Below the pieces are notes generated by a model, which worked only from the letters and a program-made list of their open reading frames with translations, ran no database searches and was not told where the DNA came from. A program made the position numbers and the translations under genes. Shown here piece by piece: positions 9,023-19,040 of a stretch of 64,000 nucleotides of DNA (positions are counted from its first letter, which is position 1; each line of letters starts with the position of its first letter). Source of the DNA: Marispirochaeta sp. (GTDB lineage: Bacteria > Spirochaetota > Spirochaetia > JC444 > Marispirochaetaceae); the NCBI GenBank assembly GCA_963676835.2, contig CAXXFF010000003.1, positions 32,001 to 96,000 on the forward strand. The letters are read 5' to 3'.

Positions 9023-10309
9023 CTATAGGTAACCGAAGAACTTCGGAGCGAAAAGAACGAGATCCGGAGCAAATGAAATCAGGCCGATTACTGCAAGATG
9101 AACGAGAAAAAACGGAAAAACCGCTTTGGCTACCCGTTCCATACTTATCTTGGCGATATCAGCACTTATAAAAAGACACAGTCCAACCGGCGGCGTAATC
9201 AGGCCGAGTGCAAGGTTTGTTATCATAAGCATGCCGAACTGAATATCATGCATACCCGCCTGATGGGCCAGAGGTGCCAGTGCCGGAGCAAGCATGATTA
9301 TTGCAGCTCCCGGGTCCATTACTGTACCTACCAGTAGTAGCAGCAGGTCGATAAGCAGAATAATGATTACAGGGCTGTCCGTAACCGCAAGTATTCCGTT
9401 TTTGATGATCAATGGCACCTGGTAGGTGCTGAGTACCCAGCTGAACAGCCGCGCCGTTGCCAGAAGCAGAAATACAGTGCCTGTGCTGTAGGCTGCATTG
9501 AGGATAATCTTGGGCAGATCTTTGAATTTAACCGTTTTGAGCACAAAAAGGCTTACAAAAAAAGCGTATCCCACAGCTACCGCAGCGGCTTCGGTGGGAG
9601 TAAATATACCGAAAAGAATACCTCCCAATATAATCAACGGCATTACCAGGGCAACGAGAGCCTGGCCGATGATAGACATGCGTTCCTTTCTGGTAAGCTT
9701 CATAACTTTTTTGGGGAAGTTATGTTTTTTGGCCAGATAGATAACAATCGCCATATCTGAGAGCCCGAACAGCACACCGAGGGGAATACCGGCGGCAAAA
9801 AGAGCACCAATGGATTGACCCATGGTGGCGCCATATATTACTGCCAGAATACTTGGCGGGATAATCGGTCCCTGCAGGGAAGACGATGCCGTTACGGCAG
9901 CACTGAAATCAGGGGTATATCCGTCTTTTTCCATGGCCGGGATCAGCATGGAGCCCAGAGCAGAGACGTCCGCCGCGGCAGATCCGGTGATCCCTCCGAA
10001 AAACATACTGGCGATGATATTTGCATGGGCCAGGGCACCGCGCATTCGTCCCACCAGCATGTCCGCAAACTTTACCAGCCGTTCCGTGATCTTGCCGCTG
10101 TTCATAAGATCACCGGCAAGAATAAAGAACGGGATACACATAAGGGGAAAGGAGTCCAGACCGGTAAAAATTCTTTGTGCAACCACCTCAAGAGGTACAG
10201 TTCCAAGAAAGATAATGCCCACCAGACCCATCAGACCCAGTGAAACTCCAACCGGTACACCAATAAACAAAGTTCCTACAAATGTCAGTATTGCTAAAAA
10301 GAGTCCCAT
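9023..10309 (-). CDS. dctM: TRAP transporter large permease
   Basis: IPFFILAG, FFGGITGSAAAD, IIPPS, FTPTEAA, TPPVG. Confidence 0.93.
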   Translation of the reverse strand: MGLFLAILTFVGTLFIGVPVGVSLGLMGLVGIIFLGTVPLEVVAQRIFTGLDSFPLMCIPFFILAGDLMNSGKITERLVKFADMLVGRMRGALAHANIIASMFFGGITGSAAADVSALGSMLIPAMEKDGYTPDFSAAVTASSSLQGPIIPPSILAVIYGATMGQSIGALFAAGIPLGVLFGLSDMAIVIYLAKKHNFPKKVMKLTRKERMSIIGQALVALVMPLIILGGILFGIFTPTEAAAVAVGYAFFVSLFVLKTVKFKDLPKIILNAAYSTGTVFLLLATARLFSWVLSTYQVPLIIKNGILAVTDSPVIIILLIDLLLLLVGTVMDPGAAIIMLAPALAPLAHQAGMHDIQFGMLMITNLALGLITPPVGLCLFISADIAKISMERVAKAVFPFFLVHLAVIGLISFAPDLVLFAPKFFGYL

Positions 10310-10336
10310 CAGGTGGTTCCCTCCGATTTTTTAAGT

Positions 10337-10852
10337 TTACACACCATGTTGACCCGCCGATTCTTCGGGATTAACCAGTTTTTTCAACAGCAGGATAATG
10401 GTTTCGAATGAAAGAAACAGACCGCCCACAGGAATGGAGAGATAGGGAATCCACATGGGCCAATTCATACTTGGTGAGTGCTGATTTACCACAAAGAACG
10501 TCATCTTGACTCCGGTAATCAGCATTACCAAAAAGAAAATCAGCATGGCTACATCGGCCATAAAAAAGGCGATCCGGGAAAACCTTCCCCACAACCTTTC
10601 TACAAGTGAAGAAAGGCCGATATGCCTTTTCTGGCGCAGAGCCATACTCATTGCCAGCAGTGCCGACCAGACCATAATATATCGTGACATTTCTTCCGAC
10701 CATGAAGGAGCGGAGTTCAGTACATAACGCATGAATACCGCGTATAAAACAATAAGAGTAAGAACCGCATACAGTGCCACCAGCAGTGGTCTCATAACCA
10801 CCTGATATTTTTCACTAATCCAGTCCAGACCCGCAACAAGTGACTTAATCAT
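10337..10852 (-). CDS. dctQ: TRAP transporter small permease
   Basis: RYVLNSAPSWSEEMSRY motif, four TM helices, located between dctP and dctM. Confidence 0.9.
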   Translation of the reverse strand: MIKSLVAGLDWISEKYQVVMRPLLVALYAVLTLIVLYAVFMRYVLNSAPSWSEEMSRYIMVWSALLAMSMALRQKRHIGLSSLVERLWGRFSRIAFFMADVAMLIFFLVMLITGVKMTFFVVNQHSPSMNWPMWIPYLSIPVGGLFLSFETIILLLKKLVNPEESAGQHGV

Positions 10853-10913
10853 ACAAACCTACTCGCATTTCAGGGAATTTCCGTGCACAACAGAAAGTAC
10901 ACAGATGATAGAA

Positions 10914-10936
10914 TGCCCCCGGAAGTTCCGGGGGCA
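10914..10936. terminator. GC-rich intergenic hairpin after dctP (attenuator or mRNA stabiliser)
   Basis: TGCCCCCGGA-agt-TCCGGGGGCA. Confidence 0.55.
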
Positions 10937-10971
10937 GAATTGTGAAGTAATAAGTCTTCAGGACCGCCTGA

Positions 10972-12060
10972 CTACTGGATAACAAATCCGCGGCCGGCTT
11001 CTGTACCCTTGGGGGCTACCAATCCTTTCTTTGCGTCTTCGATAGATTTAAGGAAATCATCAACCCATTTGCCGTCTATTTCGCCTTTTATCCAGTCGAT
11101 AACCGGTTTCTGGCTGGCTTCCTGGAACTGTGCAAGTTCAGCAGCGGTGGGAGTGTAAATCTCCATACCTTCTTTAATCAGCTGACCTACTGCGGTTACA
11201 CCGGAAGCATAGGTTTCAAGGGCTTTGTGAACAGTACCGGCAATATCAGCACCTTCGTACACAATCTGCTGCAGGTCTGCAGGAAGACTGTTGTAGAATT
11301 TATTGTTGATAAAGGTAAAATCGATACTGTAGATATGTCCGTCCAGGGTGTAATACTTCTGAACTTCGTAGAACTTCATAGCATTAACCAGACTTGGGGG
11401 GTTTTCCTGTCCGTCTACAACCTTCTGCTGCAGTGCGCTGTAAAGCTCACCCCAGGCAATAGGTACAGCGTTTCCGCCGAGAGCATTAACCATAGCCATA
11501 TGACCCCGGTGCTCCATGGTCCGGATCTTGAGTCCCTGAAGATCTGCAGGGGTCTTTATGGGACGAACGTTATTGGAGAAGTTACGGAAACCGTTCTGGT
11601 TTACGTCGAGACAGCGGATACCGGTATCCTTAACCATTTTACCGAGAAGATTCTTCATGTAGGGGCTGTCTGCAACGGCCCATGCCTCGGTGTAGGTCCG
11701 GAAGGAATACGGTACGGAAAGAGCCATGATTTCAGGGAAGAAGATACCTACAGTACCTTCACTGACGTTACACATCTGGATACTGCCAAGCTGAACGCCT
11801 TCCATCTGCTCACGTTCGGAACCCAGCTCATTTGCAGGATAAATCTCAACTTTGATTCTTCCTCCGGAACGGGCTTCCACGTAGTTCTTGAACATAACTG
11901 CATCAGCATGGGCAGAAGCGGTGGTAACATCGGGGGGATCGCCGGTGGCGAACTTGATCGTGTACTGAGCACCTGCACCTGCTGCTGATTCTCCCTGGCC
12001 TGCAGCAAAAAGTGCAGCAGTCATGAGTACAGCAAGTAAAACAACCAACAGTTTTCTCAT
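10972..12060 (-). CDS. dctP: TRAP substrate-binding protein
   Basis: Signal peptide MRKLLVV with AAGGAGG RBS (start refined from the ORF track); GFRN, GLKIR and ELYSALQQKVVDGQENP motifs. Confidence 0.92.
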   Translation of the reverse strand: MRKLLVVLLAVLMTAALFAAGQGESAAGAGAQYTIKFATGDPPDVTTASAHADAVMFKNYVEARSGGRIKVEIYPANELGSEREQMEGVQLGSIQMCNVSEGTVGIFFPEIMALSVPYSFRTYTEAWAVADSPYMKNLLGKMVKDTGIRCLDVNQNGFRNFSNNVRPIKTPADLQGLKIRTMEHRGHMAMVNALGGNAVPIAWGELYSALQQKVVDGQENPPSLVNAMKFYEVQKYYTLDGHIYSIDFTFINNKFYNSLPADLQQIVYEGADIAGTVHKALETYASGVTAVGQLIKEGMEIYTPTAAELAQFQEASQKPVIDWIKGEIDGKWVDDFLKSIEDAKKGLVAPKGTEAGRGFVIQ

Positions 12061-12142
12061 AAGTTCCTCCTTATTTTTTACAAGTAAAAACGTTGTTGTT
12101 TTACGGTACCATGGGTCTGACATCACGTCAAATTAAAGTTTA

Positions 12143-12154
12143 TTTGTATACAAA
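12143..12154. promoter_or_regulatory. Palindromic GntR-type operator candidate upstream of the TRAP operon
   Basis: Perfect palindrome TTTGTATACAAA. Confidence 0.5.
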
Positions 12155-12241
12155 ATTAAATATTTACCGGGATTCCAAAGATATTCCAGTCAATCTTGAA
12201 TTTAAGATTGAGAAAAAAGAGATCAGTTGACTGCGCAGTTT

Positions 12242-12931
12242 TTATGCACCTTTCAGGAGGTAACGCACCAGTTCAACAGAATGTCTGCTGGCGCTTTTTA
12301 AGAAATCCTGAAAATTTGAAGGTGCTGACCCATCGGCTTTATCGGAAATAAAGCGCAGGACGAGAACGGGCGTGTTGTAAACAGCGGCAGTCAATGCAAC
12401 ACTTGCACCTTCCATCTCTACCGCCATTCCCTGAAGTTCATCAAAACGGCTCTTTTTTACCGGATCATCCTTATCGGTTACAAATACATCTCCCGTGAGG
12501 ATTCGGCCGAAGTGCACGGTATACTCAGGATGGGAAAATTTTTTCATGGAAGCCAGCAGTTCAGGAGCACCTGAAATTTCACGGTAGTCAGAATAGGGAA
12601 TCTGGCCGACGGGAAAGCCAAGGGCGGTTACATCAAAATCATATTGGATACATTCTGTACCGACCACAAGATCTCCTATTTCAAGATCTCCGCTTAATCC
12701 TCCTGCAATTCCGGTAAAGAGAATAAAATCAGGATTAAATGTATTAATCATTTCAGCGGCGCTTAAGGCGGAAAGTACCTTACCCACCCCTGTTTTAGCC
12801 ACTACAACCTCATGCCCGTCCAGGGTTCCACGGAAAAAGAGCGAGGCAGAACCTGTGATCTTTTCAGAATTATCTAAAGCATGAATCAACGCCTCAACTT
12901 CTTCTTTCATAGCCCCTAATATTCCGACCAT
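12242..12931 (-). CDS. mtnN: 5'-methylthioadenosine/S-adenosylhomocysteine nucleosidase
   Basis: GAMKEE, GVGKV, TGIAG, AVEMEG, RFISDKAD. Confidence 0.92.
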   Translation of the reverse strand: MVGILGAMKEEVEALIHALDNSEKITGSASLFFRGTLDGHEVVVAKTGVGKVLSALSAAEMINTFNPDFILFTGIAGGLSGDLEIGDLVVGTECIQYDFDVTALGFPVGQIPYSDYREISGAPELLASMKKFSHPEYTVHFGRILTGDVFVTDKDDPVKKSRFDELQGMAVEMEGASVALTAAVYNTPVLVLRFISDKADGSAPSNFQDFLKSASRHSVELVRYLLKGA

Positions 12932-13014
12932 TTTATCTCCCCGATTTTATATCTATCTGCGCAGTTTACCCCGGATTCTTATGAGTCAAGAAGAATGGAT
13001 ATCCGATTCTCACA

Positions 13015-13043
13015 TTGAAACAGTACTCTTACTCCGGTATACT
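13015..13043 (+). promoter_or_regulatory. Sigma70-type promoter for dapL
   Basis: TTGAAA-17 bp-TATACT, about 30 bp upstream of the ATG. Confidence 0.6.
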
Positions 13044-13074
13044 ATGATCCAATTCTTCAGAACAGGACAAATGC

Positions 13075-14289
13075 ATGATAACCGTAAACGAGAACTATAG
13101 CAAACTGCAGGCTTCCTATCTTTTTGTAACCATTGCAAGAAAAGTCAAAGAGTATCAGGATGCCAATCCCCAGGCAGATTTAATCAAGCTTGGTATAGGT
13201 GACGTAACAAAACCCCTGCCCGAGGCTTGTATACAGGCATTTCAGAACGGCGTCAGCGAGATGGCGGATGAAAATACATTCCGCGGATACGGTCCGGAAC
13301 AGGGCTACGATTTCCTCCGTGCTGCCATAGCGGAGAACGATTTCAGTGGCACAGGAATAAACGCAGATGATATTTTTATTTCCGACGGTGCCAAATGCGA
13401 TACAGGCAACTTTCAGGAACTCTTCAGCCTTGATGCAAAGGTAGGAGTTCCCGATCCGGTCTATCCCGTTTATGTAGATACCAATGTCATGGCCGGCCGT
13501 ACGGGAGAATGGAAAGACGGACGTTACGAAGGTCTTTACTATCTGGAAGGGACTTCAGCCAACGGATTTATTCCCGCTCCTCCGGATGCGCCCCTTGACC
13601 TTGTGTATCTCTGCTTCCCCAACAACCCTACCGGTCAGGTAGCAACCCACTCCCAGTTGGAAGAGTGGGTAAAATATGCCAAAGAAAACAAAGCACTTAT
13701 TCTTTTTGATGCTGCTTATGAGACTTTTATTAGGGACAGCTCCCTGCCCAAATCAATTTATGAGATTCCAGGGGCACGTGAAGTAGCGGTGGAATTCAGA
13801 AGCTTCTCAAAAACCGCCGGTTTTACCGGTACTCGCTGCGCCTATACGGTAGTTCCCAAAGAGTGCCGGGGCTTTACCAGTGCCGGAGCGTCAGTTGATC
13901 TCCAGCCTCTCTGGAACAGACGTCACTCCACGAAGTTTAATGGTGTCTCCTACCCTGTTCAGCGCGCCGCGGAAGCGGTCTACTCTCCGGAAGGTAAAGC
14001 ACAGGTTAAAGGTCTTGTGGACTACTATCTGGGAAATGCTGCTGTTATCAAGGAAAAAATGGAGAATCTTGGTTTTGCCTGTGTCGGCGGAGATAACTCT
14101 CCCTATATCTGGGTGGACGGAAAAAAGGATTCCTGGGATTTCTTCGACCAGCTGTTAGCTGCCGGTGTTGTAGTAACTCCCGGTTCCGGTTTCGGACAGT
14201 GTGGAGAAGGCTTTATCAGAATAAGCGCCTTTAATGACCGGGATAAGGTAATCCAGGCCATGGGCAGAATAGAGAAATCCCTCAGTTGA
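13075..14289 (+). CDS. dapL: LL-diaminopimelate aminotransferase
   Basis: [42 protein letters not shown]. Confidence 0.95.
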   Translation: MITVNENYSKLQASYLFVTIARKVKEYQDANPQADLIKLGIGDVTKPLPEACIQAFQNGVSEMADENTFRGYGPEQGYDFLRAAIAENDFSGTGINADDIFISDGAKCDTGNFQELFSLDAKVGVPDPVYPVYVDTNVMAGRTGEWKDGRYEGLYYLEGTSANGFIPAPPDAPLDLVYLCFPNNPTGQVATHSQLEEWVKYAKENKALILFDAAYETFIRDSSLPKSIYEIPGAREVAVEFRSFSKTAGFTGTRCAYTVVPKECRGFTSAGASVDLQPLWNRRHSTKFNGVSYPVQRAAEAVYSPEGKAQVKGLVDYYLGNAAVIKEKMENLGFACVGGDNSPYIWVDGKKDSWDFFDQLLAAGVVVTPGSGFGQCGEGFIRISAFNDRDKVIQAMGRIEKSLS

Positions 14290-14326
14290 AACCCGGGATT
14301 AACTGTAAAAGGAACATAAAGTAACG

Positions 14327-16189
14327 ATGAAAGGCTCCTTTTTATCCGGGTTTTCAGCTCATGATTTTTATAACAGCATCCGCGGGGTTATCTCCCGCGG
14401 CTTTAATCCGGAAAAATTGGGGCTGATACTTTCAGCTTCCGGCTGGCGGGGTGTTTTTTCCTCTGACGAAGAGAACCGGAATGCACTGCCCCTGCCGGAA
14501 ATGGGGGCTGCAGCTCTCGCCATGGCCGGGGCTGCAGCTGAGTTTTTCATTGGTGAATGCAGGACAATAAATAATTCGGACTTGCAGATACTGCTCGGCT
14601 GTGATGCCCGCCCAACCGGCTCTGCCATTGTGGATATTTTTACCCGGGTATTTCTTCTCAGCGGCCTTAATCCCTCGGTGACCGGAATCTCTGCAGCTCC
14701 GGAAATTATGGCCGCCGCACGCAATACAGCCAAGTATGCCGGGTTCTGTTACATCAGTGCCAGTCATAATCCGGTTGGTCACAACGGGGTCAAACTTGGC
14801 CGAACCGACGGCGGCGTTCTTCCCGGAGAAGATGCAGCACCGCTTATAGAAAAGGTCAGAAAGAATCTTCAAAATCCGGCACTGCTGACAGAACTCTGCA
14901 ATCAGTGTATGGAATTGAAAGATAATACCCTCTCAAACATCTATTCATCCATGGATGTGAAGAAATCGGAAATACTCAATGATTACAGCAGATTTACCAC
15001 TGAAGTTGTATTCGGAAATTATGCGGATCAAAGAACAAAACTCATCTCCAACCTGAAGGAATTACCCCTGGGAGTTGTGGGAGAACTGAACGGCAGCGCC
15101 AGAGGTGTCTCCATAGACGGAGATTTTTTTGCCCAGACCGGGTTGAAATACCGGCTTATAAACGACACTCCCGGTAAAGATATTGTTCACCCCATACTGC
15201 CGGAAGGAGATAACCTTAATGATTGCTGCAGATATCTTGAAAAGGTATACAGCGGAGATCCGGATTTTCAGTTAGGCTATGTTCCCGATAACGACGGTGA
15301 CCGCGGTAATCTTGTGTACATTGATCCTGAAACCGGAAAAGCCCACGCCCTTGGAGCACAGGAAGTTTTCGCACTCTCCGTATTATCTGAGCTCTCCTGC
15401 GAGAGACTTTTTTCGCGTAATGCTTCTGATCTTGCAGTCGCTGTAAACGGTCCTACATCAATCAGGATAGACAGAATTGCGGAACTGTTTGATGCTCAGG
15501 TTTACCGTGCCGAAGTCGGTGAAGCCAATGTGGTTAATCTTGCACGGAAAATCCGCAACAGCGGCAGTAATGTAAGAATCCTCGGTGAAGGATCAAACGG
15601 CGGCACCATAACCTATCCTGCCGCTGTACGAGACCCGCTGAATACCATTTTAGCCTTTGTTAAACTGCTTCGCCTTAAAACAACCGATGGTATTACCCCG
15701 GCAGAAGAGTGGCTTAATCGAGCTGGTAAACCGCTGAAAGATGGAGAAAAACTCTCTATCCGGCGAATTCTCGACAGTCTGCCGGTATTTCAGACTACCC
15801 CTACCGGTGAGTCCCGGGCAAAATATCCGGTAAAAACTGCTGATCACAACCTGTTAAAAAGCAGATATGAGACGGTTTTTACCGAAAACTGGATAGACAG
15901 ACCTGCATTAATAAATGATCTGGGAATAACTGATTACAGGTTCATCAATTATGAAGGAATCGAAACCATCCTTGGCCCCGGAGGGCGTAAGGGCACCGGC
16001 CGGGGTGGATTTAAAGTGGAACTCACGGACAAAGACGGCAAAGCCTGCGGTTTTCTGTGGATGCGCGGATCCGGTACAGAACCTGTTTTCCGGGTTATGG
16101 CGGACATTGCAAGCCCTGAAGCCGGAATGGAAGAAACTCTGCTTAACTGGCACAGAGAAGTACTTAAAGAAGCGGATAACGCGGGTTAA
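14327..16189 (+). CDS. Alpha-D-phosphohexomutase superfamily protein
   Basis: SASHNP phospho-Ser loop, DNDGDR metal loop, GEGSNGG, RGSGTEP. Confidence 0.85.
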   Translation: MKGSFLSGFSAHDFYNSIRGVISRGFNPEKLGLILSASGWRGVFSSDEENRNALPLPEMGAAALAMAGAAAEFFIGECRTINNSDLQILLGCDARPTGSAIVDIFTRVFLLSGLNPSVTGISAAPEIMAAARNTAKYAGFCYISASHNPVGHNGVKLGRTDGGVLPGEDAAPLIEKVRKNLQNPALLTELCNQCMELKDNTLSNIYSSMDVKKSEILNDYSRFTTEVVFGNYADQRTKLISNLKELPLGVVGELNGSARGVSIDGDFFAQTGLKYRLINDTPGKDIVHPILPEGDNLNDCCRYLEKVYSGDPDFQLGYVPDNDGDRGNLVYIDPETGKAHALGAQEVFALSVLSELSCERLFSRNASDLAVAVNGPTSIRIDRIAELFDAQVYRAEVGEANVVNLARKIRNSGSNVRILGEGSNGGTITYPAAVRDPLNTILAFVKLLRLKTTDGITPAEEWLNRAGKPLKDGEKLSIRRILDSLPVFQTTPTGESRAKYPVKTADHNLLKSRYETVFTENWIDRPALINDLGITDYRFINYEGIETILGPGGRKGTGRGGFKVELTDKDGKACGFLWMRGSGTEPVFRVMADIASPEAGMEETLLNWHREVLKEADNAG

Positions 16190-17184
16190 ACAATACCGAT
16201 TGCCCTGCGCAGACGCCGGATAGTCCCTGCTGCAATTTCCCGGGCCTGTTCCGCTCCACGGGAAAGAATCGCATCTATGACGGATGTATCCGCCATCAGC
16301 TGATCATATTTTTCCCGGTACGGCCCTATTTCACGGTCCATGCATTCAAACAGTTCCTGTTTCGCTTCGCCCCAACCCATTCCGCCGGCCCTGTATCGCG
16401 CTGCCAGTTCCTGCTGCTCATCTTCGGTTGCAAAGAGCCGGTACAGATTGAAAACATTGCAGCTTTCAGGTTCCTTAGGTTCTTCCACCCCCTGAGAATT
16501 GGTAACGATCTTCATTATAGTTTTACGCAGCTTTTTTGCCGGTGTAAAAAGAGGTATGGTATTGCCATAGCTTTTACTCATTTTACGCCCGTCCATTCCG
16601 GGAATGATCTGGGTAGTCTCGTTTATAATCGGTTCGGGGATAACCAGCAAATCTTCTTTATAATTACTGTTAATGGCCTGGGCAATGTCTGCAGTCATTT
16701 CTATATGCTGCTTCTGATCCTTTCCCACGGGAACAACATTACTGTCAAACAGCAGGATGTCTGCAGCCATCAGGACTGGATAAGTATAGAGCCCCATATT
16801 TATTCCTTTATCCGGATCCTTTCCTGCACGTTTATTATCTTCAGAAACTGCTTTATATGCATGGGCCCGGTTCATCAGGCCCTTGCTGGTAAAAGCCATT
16901 AAAATAGTCGAGAGCTCAAAGGTTTCGGGAACAGATGACTGCTTGTACACAAGAGATTTCTCGGGATCAAGCCCGCAAGCAAGCCAGGTTGCAGCTACCT
17001 GATAGGTCTGCTCTTTCAATTTGGCCGGATCCCTCTCACTGTTCAGGGCATGGTAATCGGCAATAAAATAGCGTGTCTCGTACTCTTTAACCAGCTGAAG
17101 TGCCGGTTTTATAGCGCCGAAATAGTTTCCAATGTGAGGGGTGCCGGTTGGCTTTATGCCGGTAAGTGAAATCTTTGTGTCCAT
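16186..17184 (-). CDS. trpS: Tryptophan--tRNA ligase
   Basis: HIGN, YPVLMAADIL, GKDQKQH, KMSKS. Confidence 0.97.
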   Translation of the reverse strand: MDTKISLTGIKPTGTPHIGNYFGAIKPALQLVKEYETRYFIADYHALNSERDPAKLKEQTYQVAATWLACGLDPEKSLVYKQSSVPETFELSTILMAFTSKGLMNRAHAYKAVSEDNKRAGKDPDKGINMGLYTYPVLMAADILLFDSNVVPVGKDQKQHIEMTADIAQAINSNYKEDLLVIPEPIINETTQIIPGMDGRKMSKSYGNTIPLFTPAKKLRKTIMKIVTNSQGVEEPKEPESCNVFNLYRLFATEDEQQELAARYRAGGMGWGEAKQELFECMDREIGPYREKYDQLMADTSVIDAILSRGAEQAREIAAGTIRRLRRAIGIV

Positions 17185-17261
17185 GATTTTTGGAGACTCC
17201 CTGATGCATTAAATGAATGATCAACACTATACCCGGAAGGGGAATGCAACCTCAAGTGCCT

Positions 17262-18404
17262 CTATTTTTCCAGGATTTCATTTCTCGCTGAGGTACTGCT
17301 CTCCATCTTTGCCATACCGACAGTTTGTACGGAAGTACTGCGGATCAGCTTACGCAATGCCCTGCGACTTTCCCGAATCTCCTTGCCGGATCCCATAAGG
17401 ATAGCTACAGCCTTAAGACTGGGGACATTTTCACAGACAATCTTGATCATGGCCATGATCGGTACGGCAAGAAACATTCCAACCACACCCCAGAGCCATC
17501 CCCAGACAAGAAGAGCAACAAGAATGAGAAAAGGACTGAGGTTAAGTCTGCGCCCCTGAAGAAAGGGGTCCAGGATGTTCCCGAGGGTAACCTGAATTGC
17601 TATCACGGAACCGGCGACAAGAAAAATCGGTTTCGGTTCAGGATAAAACTGGAGAAAAGACATGAGTATAATTATAAAAACTATAAATGCCGATCCGAGA
17701 TTAGGAATAAAATTCAGAAAGAATGCGAAGGAGGCCCAGAGAATGGGAAAGTCGAGTCCTATAATCATAAGGCTTACATAAATGAGGATTCCCGTTGCGA
17801 GACTGATTACGAACTTAACAGACAGGTATCGTCCTATCTGATCATTGATATGCCTCATGACCAGATATATTCTATCGGACATGCTTATATGAAAAGCCTG
17901 GCGGATTTTACTCTGAAACCGGTCTTTCTCCATAAGCATAAACACAAGAAACAGGGTGATTATTAGAAGATTGCTTATGACTCCCATAATTGAGTTTGAT
18001 ACGGAAAGAAGCGAACTCTGCAGAGCCCTGCTCCAGTCAAAATCCCTGATTACCCCCGGGTTGAGTGAAAACCTCTCAAACAGGGTTTTGGACACTTCCA
18101 TAATTAATGTAGCCATTCTGGCCTGATACTTGGGCAGCTGAACAATGAATGACTTGATGGAAGTATACATAAAGAGACCCAGAAGGTAGAAAATCCCGGA
18201 AAATATCAGAATAACTATAATAATAGATAGAATCCGCGGGATTTTTACCCGCTCCAGGAGATCGACGAAAGGAGAAAAAACGAAAAAGAGCAGAATTGCA
18301 ATGGCCAGGGGCATCAGAGCCACCTGTGCAATTTTAAGCACCGCTAAAATGAGAATAATGGAAATGATCCCGGTAAAAAGGGTGGTCAGCTTTTCCGTTG
18401 GCAT
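17262..18404 (-). CDS. AI-2E family transporter
   Basis: Multiple TM helices, LNFIPNLG, WGWLWGVVGMFLAVP. Confidence 0.88.
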   Translation of the reverse strand: MPTEKLTTLFTGIISIILILAVLKIAQVALMPLAIAILLFFVFSPFVDLLERVKIPRILSIIIVILIFSGIFYLLGLFMYTSIKSFIVQLPKYQARMATLIMEVSKTLFERFSLNPGVIRDFDWSRALQSSLLSVSNSIMGVISNLLIITLFLVFMLMEKDRFQSKIRQAFHISMSDRIYLVMRHINDQIGRYLSVKFVISLATGILIYVSLMIIGLDFPILWASFAFFLNFIPNLGSAFIVFIIILMSFLQFYPEPKPIFLVAGSVIAIQVTLGNILDPFLQGRRLNLSPFLILVALLVWGWLWGVVGMFLAVPIMAMIKIVCENVPSLKAVAILMGSGKEIRESRRALRKLIRSTSVQTVGMAKMESSTSARNEILEK

Positions 18405-18546
18405 GCTGAATAAAGTATAGCAAATAGCATCAACATAAGCGAGTACTTGTTTTCACTCCTATGCAGCCCTTGGATCCCTTTTTAACAGTTGTTTTACCGT
18501 CAGGAAAAATGTATGTTTTTCAGGATATTTTTCACGAGGTTAGTAA

Positions 18547-19038
18547 ATGGCAAAAATAATTGATACAGCTGCTTTTATTGCGGATAACGCTGCAGTTACC
18601 GGAAATGTAAGCCTGGGAAAAGATTCATCCGTTTGGTATGGAGCCTCAGTACGAGGAGATCTGGCTCCGATTACCATCGGAGAAGCAACGAACATTCAGG
18701 ATAATGCTTCTGTTCATGTAGATACTGATACTCCCACCGTTGTTGGCAAGGGCGTTACCGTAGGACACAACGCAGTCCTCCATGGCTGCACCGTGGGAGA
18801 TAACTGCCTTATAGGCATGGGTGCAATAGTATTGAACCGCTCGGTAATAGGCGAAGGTTCGATTATTGGCGCCGGCGCTCTGGTTACGGAAGACAAGGTG
18901 ATCCCCCCGGGTTCTCTTGCTGTTGGCTCCCCGGCTAAGGTTATCCGGCAGATTGATGAAGCCAGTCTTGAAAAAGTCAAAAAAAACGCCGGACATTACG
19001 TTGAGTATGCCCGGCGCCATAAAAATGGAGAGTATTAA
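18547..19038 (+). CDS. Gamma carbonic anhydrase family protein
   Basis: VRGD, NIQDN, VH, TVGHNAVLHG; hexapeptide repeats. Confidence 0.9.
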   Translation: MAKIIDTAAFIADNAAVTGNVSLGKDSSVWYGASVRGDLAPITIGEATNIQDNASVHVDTDTPTVVGKGVTVGHNAVLHGCTVGDNCLIGMGAIVLNRSVIGEGSIIGAGALVTEDKVIPPGSLAVGSPAKVIRQIDEASLEKVKKNAGHYVEYARRHKNGEY

Positions 19039-19040
19039 CC

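Noticed and set aside
11227..11988. 253-aa ORF antisense to dctP, and the many other shadow ORFs in the track
   Set aside because: They lie fully within or antisense to well-supported genes and show no recognisable motifs.
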